Positions 18,574 to 33,500 of a stretch of DNA of 51,220 nucleotides are shown here, in pieces. The notes beneath the pieces were generated by a model. That model saw only the letters and a list, made by a program, of their open reading frames with translations. It had not been told where the DNA came from and searched no databases. The stretch's first letter is position 1. Each line of letters begins with the position of its first letter. This DNA comes from Craspedostauros australis (Eukaryota), in assembly GCA_030167865.1 (NCBI GenBank), contig JALAGF010003284.1, positions 1 to 51,220 of the forward strand. The letters run 5' to 3'. The position numbers and the translations under genes were made by a program.

Positions 18574-21500
18574 CTACTTTGGATTCTTGTATCCGCCCTT
18601 GGCTGGGGCGACGTTCTGTCGTTTCGTGTCGCTGTATTCTCTGAGGAAGAAGCGACGGCTTTTAAGGTCGAAGCCCTTCTTCCTTGGCGGGTCACTGCCG
18701 CTGACGAAACCGATGAGGTTGAGCGTGTTGAAGACCCAGATGCTGCCCTGGCGGCCACCCGACCCGCTGTCGTCCCAGATCTTCTTCAGGAATCCACTGT
18801 CCCTGCACCAGTCCTTCGACACGCAGCGCATGCACCTTGGATTGGGCTCCTTCTCTTCCTTCGTGCCGACGAAGCCCAGGGCGATGAACTCGTCGCTGGG
18901 TGGGACAGGCTCCCATGCGTAGAACGGGTTGCTGCCGTGGGTGAGACTCCAGGCAAGACGGAACCGCGCAGGGTGGGGCATGTACCGTTCCAGCACGTGC
19001 GGTAGCCAGCTGCTGCCTCCCACCCAGCTTCCTGTAGTGTCTGTCACCTCCAGGCAGAATCTGTCCTTGCCATCGCGATTTGGATTGTCGTACCCCGAAC
19101 CGGCAAAGTGCCCCAGCGAGACGGAGCCCTTGTTCTGGCGGAATCCTCCGGACCCCACCACCGGTTCCCAGATACTGATCTTGAACCGGCTCATGCTGCC
19201 TTGGCTGTTCCAGATCTGGTTGAACTTGGTGACCTTCCTGATCTTCACCTTGACGGCGGCCAGGATGGCCGGTGGGATTTCCACCTTCTTCTTCTCGTTG
19301 CTGTCCGATGGCATCGGTGGCAGTGGCATGCCATTGTTGAACGCCGCGGCATTCTGCGCCATCGTTCCATCGTCCTCGAATCCGACCGCACTCTTGAACT
19401 CCTCCAAGTTGATATACCCGTCCTTGTCCTTGTCCAATTCTTTGATGAATCCGATCAGAAGCACTTGGTCCAGCTTCAAACCAAGCCATTCCAGTCCTCT
19501 CTTGAGATCGTCAAAGTTGAGGAGACCATCACGATCGCGATCGATGGCTGCGAAGCAATCGCGTGGATACATTCCGCGCGACTTGAGCAAGGCGGTGATC
19601 CTTCCAGATGCGATCTTGTAGTTCAGCAAATGATGTTCGTCGGCTGTAATGAAGACCTTGGACAGCGCCGTGGCGGACGGGTCCTTGGCCTTGCGGCGGC
19701 GGTTGCTCCTCACCTCCACAAAGAAGTTGTAGCGGCGCTCGCAGTCGTTCTCTTGCAGGGCCCGCAACAGCAAGCTAATCTCCCGTGGTTGGTAGTTGAG
19801 CATGCTGTCCACGAATCTGAAGCAAGACTGCGCCGTCGAGTGCTGGAAGTTCTGCGCGGGTTCGTATCCGTACGTGGAATCGAGCAAGGAGCGGTCGGTT
19901 CGGATTGCAACCGCTGTGTCCTTGCCGGGGATGATGGGCATAGCGCTCTGTTGATGCATCACGGCTCGCATGCACTCGGCTTCGAACAGTGATAGGATGA
20001 CGTAATGGCGACCGGCCTGGACGCGGTAGAAGAGGCGCTGCTCCAGCATCTTCTTGACATCTTCGAATGTGATGGGTCTGTTCCTCAGCTCGGGCATCTT
20101 CTGGAAGAACTTGTCACCATCCTCTCCATCGACGTCCACATCCACCGCCTTCAGAACTTCTCGCAGCTCCGTCAGCGAGATCGTGCCAGAACCATCACCG
20201 GAGGCCCCCGAGAATGCTCGCTTCAGCATCTTCTCTTGCGTACCAGAGATCGGCCGACCGGTTGCTGCAACTTCCCGCAGCGATGCCTTCGATGGAATGA
20301 ACTCCATGGTGACGATTACATTCTTCAATCGGCGATGCGTCCGCGTGCTCCAGAGCTTCTCGTAGTAGTTCTTTGAGACGTACAAGTAGTCTGGGAACTT
20401 CAGATTGATCGAACGGGAGAAGAGGTAGTTCTTGACGGCAAATTCCGAGAGAGGGTAGAAGTACTTCTGCCATGGGTTGTAGTCGACTCCATCTGGTCGC
20501 TTCTTCTTGAACAGCTTGCCATGATCAGGATTGTATGGAAGCGACAAGGCATCAACCATCCACGGATCAGGGTCTTCTCCATCACGGGAGTAGTTCTTTT
20601 TCTTGGCAGATTCTTCCACAACTTCTTCTTCCTCTTCCTCCTCCTCCTCTTCTTCTTCCTCCTCTTCCTCTTCCTCCTGCAAATCAAGTGAGAGACGATC
20701 GCATGGCGACGACAAAGTGTTGAAATGTTGGAATACAATTGCACGGAAAATGAATTGATGCGCGGGGCGCCACCACAGAAATCGAAGACAGACAGCGGAG
20801 CATTGGACAGAGCAGTATTTGCACAGACAAGTGTGAGAAAGAGCAACAACGAAGAATCAGGGATCGGCCCAGCGAGAAACCGCACAGAGTGGGCAAGCAA
20901 GAGCTCTTGCGGCTTTTGCCATGCCAGGCGCGTCTCTGCAACAATCCCACAGACTCCAACAAGCGGCAGTTGTCACATCACCGACTCGTTTACACCGTAA
21001 CGCTGCAGGCACGTACCTGTTCCTTGAGAACCTCTTCTTCTGCGGTCTGCTCCTTCTTGAGGTTGGCGTCCTGGTCATCTTCAGCTGTGTCGGTGGCGGA
21101 TGGTTCTCCAAAGCGCTTCTTCGCAAGGCCTTCGGAATTCACGAGCACCATGAGGATCTTGTCCACGACCGCCTTGTCGTAGTCATTGACGATGAAATCA
21201 GATCGTCGGATGATGCTGTTCCTAAGGGTGTCGGAGAGAGGCACAACGACCGGCAGGCTGTTTTGAACGGTGAAATCAAGTCTCTCTGTCAAGATGTCAA
21301 TCGAAGCCTGAATGGTCTGGATTCCCACGGTCTGCGCCTTGTTGCCGGCCACTCCGAGAGCTGGGACTACAACGGACTTGATGGCCTTGATGTCATCTTG
21401 GAACAACCGCTTGGATCCCGCCAGCCATTCCTCAAAACCACTAGCGTTGTCGCCCTGTGTTCCAGCAGCACCGGGCTTGCCAGACATTGTCATAAATTCC

Positions 21501-24500
21501 TTGATCCTGTTGGCGAATGCGAGCTGGGTGAGTTCGCGGAAATTGACCGTCAGTGTCTGGAAGCAACGTTTTCGAGGCACGTTGTCGATGCTCTGTTGAC
21601 ACAGACTGCGGAATTGCATGTTCTCGCTCTTCATTCCATTCACCGTCAACCAGGCAGCGACGTCGATCAGTAACTTTTTTCCTTGTGCACCTCTGACCAT
21701 CGTACTTCCGGTAGCTGCGCCGGCGCTGACACCGCCAACCGATGCTTGCAATCCCACCATGTCGGCGGCGTAACCGGTTGCAGGCATTGGTGCCATGCCG
21801 AGCTGAGGCGTCGTTGGTGCGAGCGGATTCCTGGCATTCTTCTTCCTCTGATCATCGATCAGGCGCATCACTTCAGGAATGATGAACAGCTCGATGGTTT
21901 GACCCTTGCCGATTCCTCGCATACGGAACGCGCCCTGCGCATAATCACGGAACGTCATGTCCTTTCCAAGGGTGAGGACAGCCTTGGCATCGATGCACTG
22001 ATGAATGTCCATTCCGGTGGTATGGATCTGGTCGTAAAATGAGAAACGGCGGTGGGATGGGATTCCTGACTGGTTCAAACGCACGACGTTCATGCCATGC
22101 CTCATCAGCATCATCTTGCGGTCCTGACTGTCCAGGAAGGCAACGCCATCGAATTCCGTCGTGAGACCGTTCGTCAGCAGGTACTTCGCTACCTCGTAGT
22201 TGCTCATTCCCGTGATGAGTGCACCGCAATCCAAAAGCGCGTGGTACGGTGGGTCTGCCTTCAGAATGTCATCCAGCAACTTCTTCACGGACCATTGGGA
22301 TTCCATCAAACGGCTGCTAACGATGGCCTCGTTTGTTAGGAAGTGCAAGATTTGGCCGTCGACTCCCTCGTCGTACTGGCACTGCCCAAGCTCCTCTGGC
22401 AGCAGATCGCTGGGGGTTCCGCTGAAACCAACCCTCTTGCTGAAGAGCATTTCTCCTCCCAGATCCTGACCGGAGGCGCTGATCTTCTCATGATGGTGCT
22501 CCATCGTCAGTGGGAACACAAACTGATCCAGATAGTACTGGATCACGTGCGGAAGGTCGTGCAGCAGCTTGAACGTCACGCTCATGTGGTTGTCGTCCTT
22601 GAGATCAAGCAGGTGGAGCGGCCAGATATCGTCCGATCCTCTTCCTCCGATTCTGCCCTTCGAGTAGGCGCTGACATCGTTGAAGTCCTCGGATGTTTGC
22701 CCCTCACGTGGGCCGCGGACCTTTCCGCCAGCCTCTTCGACCCAGGCCTTGTACAGCAACGCAGACGGACGTTTGTGATATGGACCGAATTCCGAGTCCA
22801 GCTGGTCTCGGAGCTCCGTGAGCACATTCTCAAAGTCGGTGAAGCGGAGACCTTCGTAACGGTACGCCATGACAGTGAGCCCGATGACGATGTCCGGGTG
22901 CGAAAACTGACTGGCTCTGGAAGGGATGTCCTTTCCGATGAACGGGATTGCTGTGAGACGACGCGCCAGTGAGACGTTCTTCTCGACGACGTTTTTCATG
23001 TCTGACTTCGACAGCAGACCGAACGTGACGCGATTGATCTTGGACAGGACGTGGGGAATGAAGTTCCTCAATAGGTCGTGGCTCAGGTTCAGCAGCTTCA
23101 TGTACTCGTCGTCGAGGGCCACTTGGACTGCTGACGCTGCCTGCTTGTCCTTCAGTGGACCATTGATCATGTAGGACAGCAAATGTCTGTTGTCCACGGA
23201 GGGCAACCGCTTGTGGCGGAGGTAGAGCAGCTGCCATCGAGCCATGAGCGGCTTGAGCTCCTTGTGGTAGTACGGTCTGTTTAGGAGCACCAGATGCGGC
23301 GTGAATTGCATGTATTTGTTCGTCACGCCCAAGGTTATGACGTTGGAGATGCTCTCCAGGATCGTGATGGCTTCTCGGCTGTCTTCGAAGGCCACCGACA
23401 TCTTCTTCTTGTTGTGGAAGAAGATGGCATCCAGGAGATGCCATTGCACATCCCAACGAATGCCAATGCCAAGCTTCGACCTTGAGTAGTCGATCGGATC
23501 CTTCAGTCCGATCGGCCAATTGAGCTCGCTCTTCAGAGGATGGAGGATGAGGTCGACTTCGTCCAGCAGCAGAACGCCGCTCCTGAATAGCTTCAGGATT
23601 TCGCAACAGTAGTACACGTCCTCGGGGTTGACCGTCGTCTCCATGACCTCGGACTGATCTCGGAACTTCCTCGCTATGGCCGACAGCGAGAACGCCGAGA
23701 AGATGCCATTGTTGGCAGACGCCTTCTTGCGTCTTCCAAACTTGGCCTCCTCGAGGATCTTCATCATTTCCACGAACTTCAGCATGAACGATTTCACGCT
23801 CGTTGGGGTTGCGCAGATCACGGCTCGGCTATCACGCGCCTTGCAAAGCTTGAGGTACAGATCCTTGGTGATGGGGGTGGATCTGCTGAACTCGAATGTG
23901 AAGATTGGCTTTCGCACCACAGCGGCAAACTTCTCTCTCATCACGCCTCTGGAGAATTCCAAGAGGGCATGCGGAACCACCTGCGTGACCAGTTGTTTGC
24001 CGTCGGCCAGCATCAGTGCAAGCAGCGGTGTGACGACCGTGGTCTTTCCGGCTCCCATGATCATTTGATGGCACATCGACTGGTTGTTCTTCAGCGCATG
24101 CATGAATTTATCAACAAGGATGACCTGGCTCTTTCGCAGCATGATCGAGTACGTGAATTCGAAGACCAAGTACCGTGGGTCGAACTCGATGAAGTTGGGG
24201 TTGGTGGGGTTCATCTTCATGTAGTGACGCTCGTTTGCAACATCCATGGCAACCTTCGAGGACTGCAGCGTGATTTCCTTGCAGATGCGCTGCTGAACAC
24301 CCGGCGCGTTTGTTGGCTTCACTCTTCGAAGAAGCATGATCAGCTTCGTCAGGCTGCACGGATAATCAAGACAAGGTTCAAACCAAAGTTTGATAGTCGC
24401 CACGCAAAGGGCGTTCCAACGAAAACGAAAACAATGAGGAGAAACAATGGCAACAGGTGTGGCGCCAAAGTAGCGGCAGCAGCGTTTGCACAAAACGAGC

Positions 24501-27500
24501 AGTTAGGGAACGGACACAAGTATGGAAAAGGTGAGACGCTTTGATGACGATGGAGTGGCTGTCGGCAGGACAGGACGGCATATGCACGGTGCAGCATGTC
24601 CAGGTTGTACATACCTCGTTAATGCTCTGTGCGTTTGGCTGATGCGAATGGAGGTCAGCATCGCCACGACTGTCAAACTCGTGACCGTCTTGTATGCGAC
24701 GCCTGACATGTACGGGTTCAGGGAGCGAATATCGTGCTCCGATCTCGTGGAAAGGAGCGATGCCACCAGATGCTCGAACCAAGCGGCAGGCTCTCGCTCG
24801 CTGACCTGCCCCAGTCGGAACTTCAGGAAATTGATCTCCCCGTTCGGCCCTGACGCATTCGGTGCATCGCTGCGTTCATCGCTAGTTGCGATGGCCAACG
24901 CTCGGTTCATGAGATTCCAGAGCGACTTGCGATCGAAGGTCATGGCTTGGTTCAGGCCCTTGATGAGCTTTTGGAGCTGGCCGTTCGCAAGGTTCAACGC
25001 CGATGGGTTGGTGTGGAAAGACTGAATTCCGCCCGGTGTGAAGCCAATGAGTGTGGGCGACTTTTCAGAGTTGGTCTTCTCAGCGTACTTGATGATGTCC
25101 GTGGAAACTCGTGTCAGGGTCGCCTGAGAACAGTGGGTTTGAGAGGCTCGTTCTCCGGACACATCGAACGGCACAGCCGAGCTGACTGCCGGCATTCCAA
25201 GCTCGCTCTTTGTCATGTACTTCAGGTAGCCCTCCAGCTTCATGGGCGCAAGCGGGCGCGATGCGAACGCCTGTAGTTGCTTGAGCGGGATGTTGACGGC
25301 CGCGCAGTTCTGCACGTCGAGGAAGAAGACATGCTGCGAGTAATCTGTCAATCGCGGCACCACCCACAGACGATGAGACGAGTACGAATTGGGCCTGGAA
25401 AGAATCATCGCCGTTCGTGGAACGGATTCTCTCAGGACGGCTATCTGCGTGATCATTTGCTTCGTTGCATCCTGCGTCAAGAACGTATGAAGCTGCTCCA
25501 GCAGACGGCTCACAGCGTCCTTTCCTGAGAAGACTCCCTTGAACTTGCTCATGCCGCTGTCGATCTGGAACTTCGGGACGTTGGGGTGCGAAGCCAGCGC
25601 AGGATTGTCGGCCAAGATCCGCAGAACTGACATCTCTGCAGAACCGGTCTTGAAGTCGCTCGATGGGAGCATGCGGAAGAGGAGTCTGCCCCAGTTGTGA
25701 GTGCGATCGCTTGGGTGGAGTTTGAAACCTACGGTCCCAGTCATGAGATCGTAGAGCAACGGGAAACCGTAGCTTGATGACGACAACGTGACGCCAGATG
25801 TCATCGCGCTGTTGATGTATTCCAACGCCTTCAGGCCACCGAATGCCACCTGGTCTTCCTCTGGGCGTGAGTAGGCGGCTCCGAACAACTTGGAGGAGAT
25901 GTAGCTCTTCTTCGGGTTGTCCAGGATGGTCATGTCCGGCCCGGTGTCGAAGTTCTCGACTGGTGGAGGACGCTCGGTGCCAAGTTTCACAGTCAGCGTC
26001 TTGTCCTCTGGAAGCGTGGCAAGACTGCTGACAGCCGTCACGAACGCCTTGCGATTGAGCAACGACAGTGACAATCTGCCTCTCGCATCAGGACTGCAGA
26101 GTTGCAAGAGTAGCATCTCTTCCTCAGTTGTGAGGCGGCAGGATGATGACACGCACACGTGCTTCTTGGAGTATTCCTCCATCTCCTCTGCCACACTCCA
26201 TGGACACTTCATGGTCGATTCTTCGCCCAGTCCGACCGTCACGACGGACAGCTTGAGCCGGCAGGCATGTGCATCTGGGTGGAAATCGTTGCCCAGGAAT
26301 TCTAGCTGGTTGAAGATTTGTTGCTGTGATTGAGGAAAGACGTTTAGAGATGAAAGGCGAGCATTTCACAATTTGTTGCGGTTGTCAGTTGCGGTGAGAT
26401 GTGGTCGGAAAGCAAAAAAAAAGTAAAGAAACAACACGCAACTAGACCAACCAAAACGAGACAACGTTTGTGAAACAGAAGCACAGCAATACACCAGACG
26501 AAAGATGATACACGGCCAAGAGCTTCGATGTCCAGTTTCGACGCAGAAAGGTGCACGGATAGGTACACGGATGGCCACTGCCAAAGAGATGGCGTATCCG
26601 GAACACAAAAGTCTGCCCGTACCTCTTCCGGTGTCAAGTTTTCGCTGACGCATGATTCCACCATCTTGAACACGTCGGTGTAAGCGCCAGTGATGAAGTA
26701 CATGACCATGAGGTACAACGAGGATGCCAATGACGGCGTGATGAGGAAGGATCGCGAGTTGTGGATAGGGTACAGGTAGCAACGGACTTCGCCAATGTTG
26801 TCGATCCATTCCTGGTTTCTGCGATCCAAAATGACCTGCACCGACAGTCTCGATCCGTCCATGTGCAAGCGTCGTGGCAGAGCGCAACCTGGCATCAGCA
26901 CGAAAAGGTCGTTGTCGGAGTTCCGCAACACGATGTAGTGCGACACGTTCCCGAGCAAGCGATCTGCGATATCCCTGGCTTCCGAAGAAACGGCAATGAA
27001 GAGCCCGTCATGATCGTTGCTGTACAATCGCGTCACCTTGCTCCCCTCGCTTGTTTCCACCACCTTGGATTTGAAGGAGAGGTTCACTCTGGGGAGCTCG
27101 ATGTAGTCGATGGAAGCTGCGACGTGGGCGGATTCGACCTTGGCAGAACTCCACACCAGAACATGGGCAAGGTTGTCAAGCTTGGAGAGGAGCATGCCGA
27201 TTCGCTTGAGGAGAGATGACGGTGATGCCGACATAACGTTGAGGAGTGTGAGGGACGGTCGATTCGGATCGCGCTTGTCGATCACATGGTCGGAGCTCAG
27301 CATGGGGATTCGTTGGATGACAGCCTCGGCGCCGGTGTTGCAGAAGCCGGTCTTGTCGAGATCAGGATCCTTCGACAACTTGATGATCAGCCGAGTCGTT
27401 GGACCTTCGCTGTCGCTGGCCTCGTCCTTGTAGTCGTCATCATCATCGTCATCGTCATCGCCTGGACGCCTGGTTTGCTCGTATCCGATGATGTCGTCGT

Positions 27501-30500
27501 TCTCGCTCTGCCAGAAGACGTACTTCTCCACAAGGGCAGTCGGGATCAACCCTGCCAAGAAGCGTGATGGGAGGTACGTTTGATTGCCGAGCTGGGCGTT
27601 GAGATTTCTTGTCACCAGCAGAGTCGGTGCCGGCGCGACGGTCGTCATTGGTACGCCGGCCGACAACGACAAGATGCCGCCAACTCGGTCAGGGTACGGT
27701 TCGCCGTTCTGCACCTCGTGCTGACAAGTCGATAGGTTGGAGGCGTACTCCAGCACTCTGAGGTGGCGTCGACCGTACTCCACGATGTTGTACACGTTGA
27801 TGGCCGGAGGATATTGCCAAACTATGACCTCCTTCAGCGTGTGAGTCATCATGGAATTGCCAGGATTCTTGTTTTCGATCCATCCCGTGAGCAGGGCGTA
27901 TGGTTCCTCCGAAAAATCCTTGTTAGACAGGAACAGCTCGACGCCGGGGAGGATGAGTTGGAGCTTGTCCTTCAGGATGTCTCTGATCCACGATTCGCCA
28001 CCGCGGATGCCTCTGGGGAATTTTCGCGAGTGCTTCGGATGCATGAATTCCTTGATATCGTAGTAGTTGCGTTGGTCGGGTGCCCACGACTGCACATCGT
28101 AGCGGCGACCGACAAGGCGCCACCAGTACCGGTTGGTGGTGTGCATGACCTCTGCGCAAGCAACATCGCTGGCATCTTGCAACGCCAAGTGCTTCGTGGC
28201 GATGAAGTCCGGATCCTCCAGGATGTGCGGATCCAGGAGCGTCATTTTGTGATTCTGCAGCGTGAAATCGCTCAGCTGGATGTTCACTTCGATGCCCACA
28301 GCCTTCGTCGTCACGTACAGCATCCACTCCTCGTACGATTGGCCCTTGCGTGGGATGCGGTAGCTTCCATCGCGGAGCTTGATGTCTTCCGTGTCTGGAA
28401 CGAATCGACCGTAACATGTGGAATGCCCAATGCTCTGCCAGTGTCGCTTGTTGAGCTTCGAATCCTCCTGGTCTCTGCTGCCGGTTCCGGTGGCAACTCG
28501 GACGACTGCTTCCATCACGTGGTCGCCCTCCTCCTGCTTCTCGCGGATGAACCTAAGCACGTTGTAACGATGTGACTGGATGATGTCGAAGACTTCGGAT
28601 TGGGCGATTTGGATCGACGGTGGTGGATGCGTTGGCTTGTTCGTGTCTTGCAGATCGTCGTAGATCTTGCTGCTGAAGCGCAGGTTGATCGTGAGGTACA
28701 CCTGTGACGACATGATGATGGACACAGATCGGAAGTCCAAGTCCTCGTAGTCGTAGTTCTTGAAGAGATACAGCAAATGGGCATGGACCAAGCATGAGAT
28801 GTCGACGTCCTTGGTTTTGGATGGATCGATCCAGTACTCCAAGGTGGGGATCGCCTGGGAGTCCAGCATGGCTCGGAGCTTCTTCAGAGCGGCGTCCACC
28901 TTGATGTTGTCCAGCGTCTCCAGTCCTCGTGGACGAGGCTGTCCTGGCACGCATTTCTTCAGGGCGTACTTCAAGTACCCTTCGACTCGCACCGCCAATC
29001 GGATGATGTAGAGGATGAGAGGACCGGACGCGGATTTCCTGCTGTACTTGCCGACGTCCATGTCCAAGGCGCGCTCCAGCATCTTCACGATCGTTGCTGT
29101 CAGTACGTCGGGGGATTTGGCGATCTCGTTGAACAGCGTGCCATGGGGAGTTGCCAACAGCTCTTCCAGTCTGTCAAAGTCCTTCACGGGCACCTGGGTC
29201 ACGATATCTGTGAAATCAGCCGGCTTCCACCGCCCAGGCTCGAACAACGCAGCATCGACGATCATTTGCAGCGCCTTCGCTTTGAGGGCCGTAAGGCGGC
29301 CTGGATCACCGTTGGCGAAGAAGTCCAGGATCAAGGGAATTCGGATGTACGGGACAGTCAGGAACTGGATGAATCGCTCGGAATCGGCTGGCGTCAGCAC
29401 ATGGCCAAACGTTGGCAGTTCCTTGTTGCTCAGATGCAACACATCGTCTTCTGTTCGGACTGAAACGAACTTGGCACTGTTCAAGAAACAAAAACAACGG
29501 GCAATCGAGCGAGCGCATGGAATGAAATGGGAGCATGAAAGAGAGATAGGCTCAGATGGTTGAGAGAACGTATCGATTTGAGGAAACAACAGATGCGGAC
29601 ACACATGCCAAAAACATTTGTGCACTCCGTGGTTTCGGCATTGCATTTCAAGCGACGTCGTGAGGAGAGCAGCACCGAATCGCAGGTTTGTCAAGTACAA
29701 GATATCCAACCGATGGAGGAATATAGGAGATCGGAAATCGACGTACCGTTTGGCAAGAAATTTATCGCCGCAAGAGTTCACGACGGTGGTGGGGTCAGCG
29801 GCGGAGAGACGAGCACGCACGGCCTTTTCTTTGCTTGCAAACAACGAGAGGAATCCCTTGAATGCGTTTTCGGTGGTCGGCTGCTGCGCGACCCTCTCGA
29901 CGAACTGCTGGGGGTGCTCGTTGAAGGCGGTGACGTGGTACAGCAGGTTCGGATCCTCCTTGCCTGCACGTCTCACGGCCCAGTGCAGCGTTGCGTCCGA
30001 GGGCAACCAGGTGTGCTGAGGCTTGACTGATTCGGCTGTTTGCGATGTTCCGCTCACGGCATGCTTGAAGTGGAAGATGATATCTCTGAAATACTCAAAC
30101 TCGGGCAGCACCTCTATCACTGAGCCATTGCGTCCGGAAATCAGACTTGCGGAGTAGTTCATCATCGCATCATCCGTGCGTGGGTACGGACGCTGGAGAG
30201 CGAGCTGAATCGCCAGTTGGTTCATCAGCACCATGTCCCCCTCCATGGGTCTCATGTTGGAGTCGAAGTTGAAGATGGTGTTTCTCTTCAGACCATTCTC
30301 CTGGAACGTGATGTCCCTCAAATAGTCCAGGCATTGGAATCGCAGCGAGCAAAGGTTCGGATCATAGATCGGAAGGTTGGATCCCAGGGTGTCGAAGGAA
30401 CCAGCAGCGATGGCAAATGGTTCTGTGGGTCCTTCGCAGAGACCGGAGTAGTGAAGGGCGAACACGCTCGGGTCGTCCACCGCCTTGACACGGCAGATGG

Positions 30501-33500
30501 CATCTGAGACGCACGCCGCACAGGCCAACGTGATGGACCGAATTGCGACCAGTCCGCGGGATTGCTGCACGCACGATGTGGAAGCCGAGTAGATGCGGCA
30601 GATGCGCCGCATCAGGAATAGGAGATTCAGCTGCGTTTCGCGTCGCATGTCTCCCTTCCTCCAGAAACAGTACCGCGCATCGGACTTGGGCATCGGCATG
30701 ATGACGGTGATGGCGTACTGTGCCGCAGATGCCGCAAACGCGGGGGCGTTCTTGATCAGCCGTCTCTGCTGCAGCAAGAGACTACATGCGTCCGCGATGC
30801 GTTGCAACGAAGATGCGGCCGTCATGTAATCCGTCGCCACTGGTGGCAGATCCTCGTCAGTAAGAACAGCCGGGATCAGGATCGGATCTGGTCGTGGGTC
30901 ACCCATCAACTTCTTCACCACTGTCTCGTAGTCGTCACGGCGCAAGCGACCGAAGAAGGGATGCGCTGGCGAACCGGCATCGGTCCGGAGGGAGGTGATA
31001 ACACCCTTCGAGAACTCGTCGGTCTGGGCAGACTTGGACAGTCCGTATGAGGTTTGATCCTGATGCTTGGACGCAGTGAAGTTGATCTGCTTGTGCAGCT
31101 TATCCAGCAGATCCCATGTGCTGGACAGGGACGCGCCAAGGGAACCGTCCGCGATGGTGGATGGATTCATGGTCGATGCGAAGTTCGCCAGGTTCCTGCC
31201 TGTGAGCTTCAGGATGCGGGTGTCTTCCGGGTCCATCGACGAGGCTTGGGCGTGCTCCACTTCAGCAAAGGCCAAGTCCACAGCGGAATTCATCAGAATG
31301 AGAGCTGCGTACTTCGATGGTCGCTTTCCAGTTTCGGGCGTTGTGGTGATGGCGAGCTTGGCCAGCGGATGGTACGTCGATGCAGCGATGGCGTCTGGTA
31401 TGTCGAGATACTCCGCTGGACCTTGATCAAGGTTGGAGCGAAGTGGTTGCGAGTTGAGGGCCGGGAGGAGCTTGGTGTAGAGGAACTCGGCGTTGTTTCG
31501 CTTGTTCGGGTAGACCTGCATTCGGAAGAGCAGCGTCCAGAACGTGGAGTCCTGCATGCGGACAGGCGGGATGTTCCAGATCGTCATTGCAAGCTGCTTC
31601 AGCTGGCTTCCAGTTTCAGGGTCGAACGTGGAGGGATGGTATTGCAACCCATCCCTGCCCGTGTTGCAGATCGTGAAGCTGAACTTGTTGTTGGTGCCGA
31701 AGCGCACGATGTAGAGACAGATGTGGGTGTAGTCGGGCTGCTGCCAGCCACCGGGAACGACGACCTGCTGACCTGGCTGCAAGTTCTCCATGAGCGACAC
31801 GTAGACGTTGATGAAGTTGAGGAAGAGCCCATCGAGGGCCTTTCCGGATGCACCGGCCGAGTGCGGTAAGATGGAGATCAGCTTGATGCCAGCTTCACAT
31901 CCGAGGTGGTTAAACTTGAGGAAAGAAAGGGGATTGCCCTGGCCTGGTTTGGTCGTCTTTCCTCGCAACGCAGCGAAGCGTCCGCGGCCTTGGCGACAAG
32001 CTTCGTTGGTCTCCGCCACCACGTGGCATACGAAGCTCAGGGCCTTGGCCAGCTGCTGGTAGGCTCCTGCTCGGTCAGCGAGCTGTTCTGGTGATGGTGG
32101 GAATCTGCGAATGTACGTCTCGAGGTTCATGAGCGACCAGAAGGGTGGCACGCGGAAGATGGGCGAGAACTTGCGGCTGGGGAGTTTCCCGCTCGTGCCA
32201 GCAAGGAAATCGTACGGATTGAAGATGGGCTCCGTGTTGACAGAATCAACACCGCCTTCGCCATCTGCTGCGACGCCTGCGCCGATGCCGACCTCCACTT
32301 CACCGGAACTCGTAGGTGCGAGTGCGACGCCGCTCGTTCCAATACCACTTGCGGACTGGCTCTGGGCTGCTCTCCGCATCTCCTCCTTCTCCTTTCGCAG
32401 CTGCGCCTTTCTCTGCGCTTCTTCGCGTTCGCGGAGCTTCTTTGCTGCCTCTTCCTCCTTGCTGGGAGTCGCAGTTGCGGTCGCGGTCTTGCTCGCCGCA
32501 GGTGGGACTGGGGACGTCGATCGCGACTTGGCCTTGCGGTCTGGCACAGGCGACTTGGACCTTGCAGTTGTCCTGGCGGGTGGTACCGGCGACTTGGATC
32601 GTTCGGCTGTCTGGGCTGGTGGCGCGGGTGACTTTGACCTTGCCTCCGTTCGCCTCGGAGGAACAGGAGACATGGATCGTGCGCGACTTGCTTGAGCGTT
32701 CAGTGGCGATGGCGCAGGCGAAACGGATCTCGCTCCCCGGGCTGAAGAACTGGTCATCGCAGTGGGTGTAGGCTGTTTGTTCGACGCAACGAACGAATGG
32801 CTGGAGTAGGATCCCACCGATGAGGACGAGCTCATCGCCGTTGGGGTTGCCAACGGTGTTCCTCCGGAGGTTGATGCCATTGTGCTGATGTTCGCGGGCG
32901 ATGCTTGCATCATTGGTGGACTGCCATAAGTAGCTCCTCCTGTGGCAGACGACATGGGCGTTGTTGGGATCGCGGCTGCTGCTGCTGCGGGGGTTCCCCC
33001 AAGAGATGGATTCAGTGGTTGCATGGATCCTGCTGGCATGTTGTCAAGACCAGCAAACGGATCGCCAGCGGCCGCAACCGGTTGGGGCTGGGCGGCACCA
33101 AAGCCTCCCGGTGCTTGGAATCCAGCTCCGAATGCATTCGGTGGCTGTTGTTGCTGCTGCTGCATCTGCATCTGCGGTTGTCGCTGGGACATTCCGTAGG
33201 CTGGGCTTTGGCCGAAGCCAGGTTGCATTCCGTTTGCCATGGCGGTGTTGACGGTGCGCTGCATGCCAGGTTGTTGTTGCTGCCTGGATGCCGCGGGTGC
33301 AAACGATGCCTGTTGCATCCGCTGTTGCATGGACGTCCCCTGGGCTTGCACTGGCATCCGCATCTGCTGGGCTTGTGCTTGCGGTTGACCGAAAGCCGCC
33401 GGCGACGTTGCCTGCGGTGCTTGGTTGACGTAGGTGGGTGGGAACCAACCATCCTTGCCGTTGCAGGTGCCCCACCACCAGGCTCCCTCCTGACCCAATC

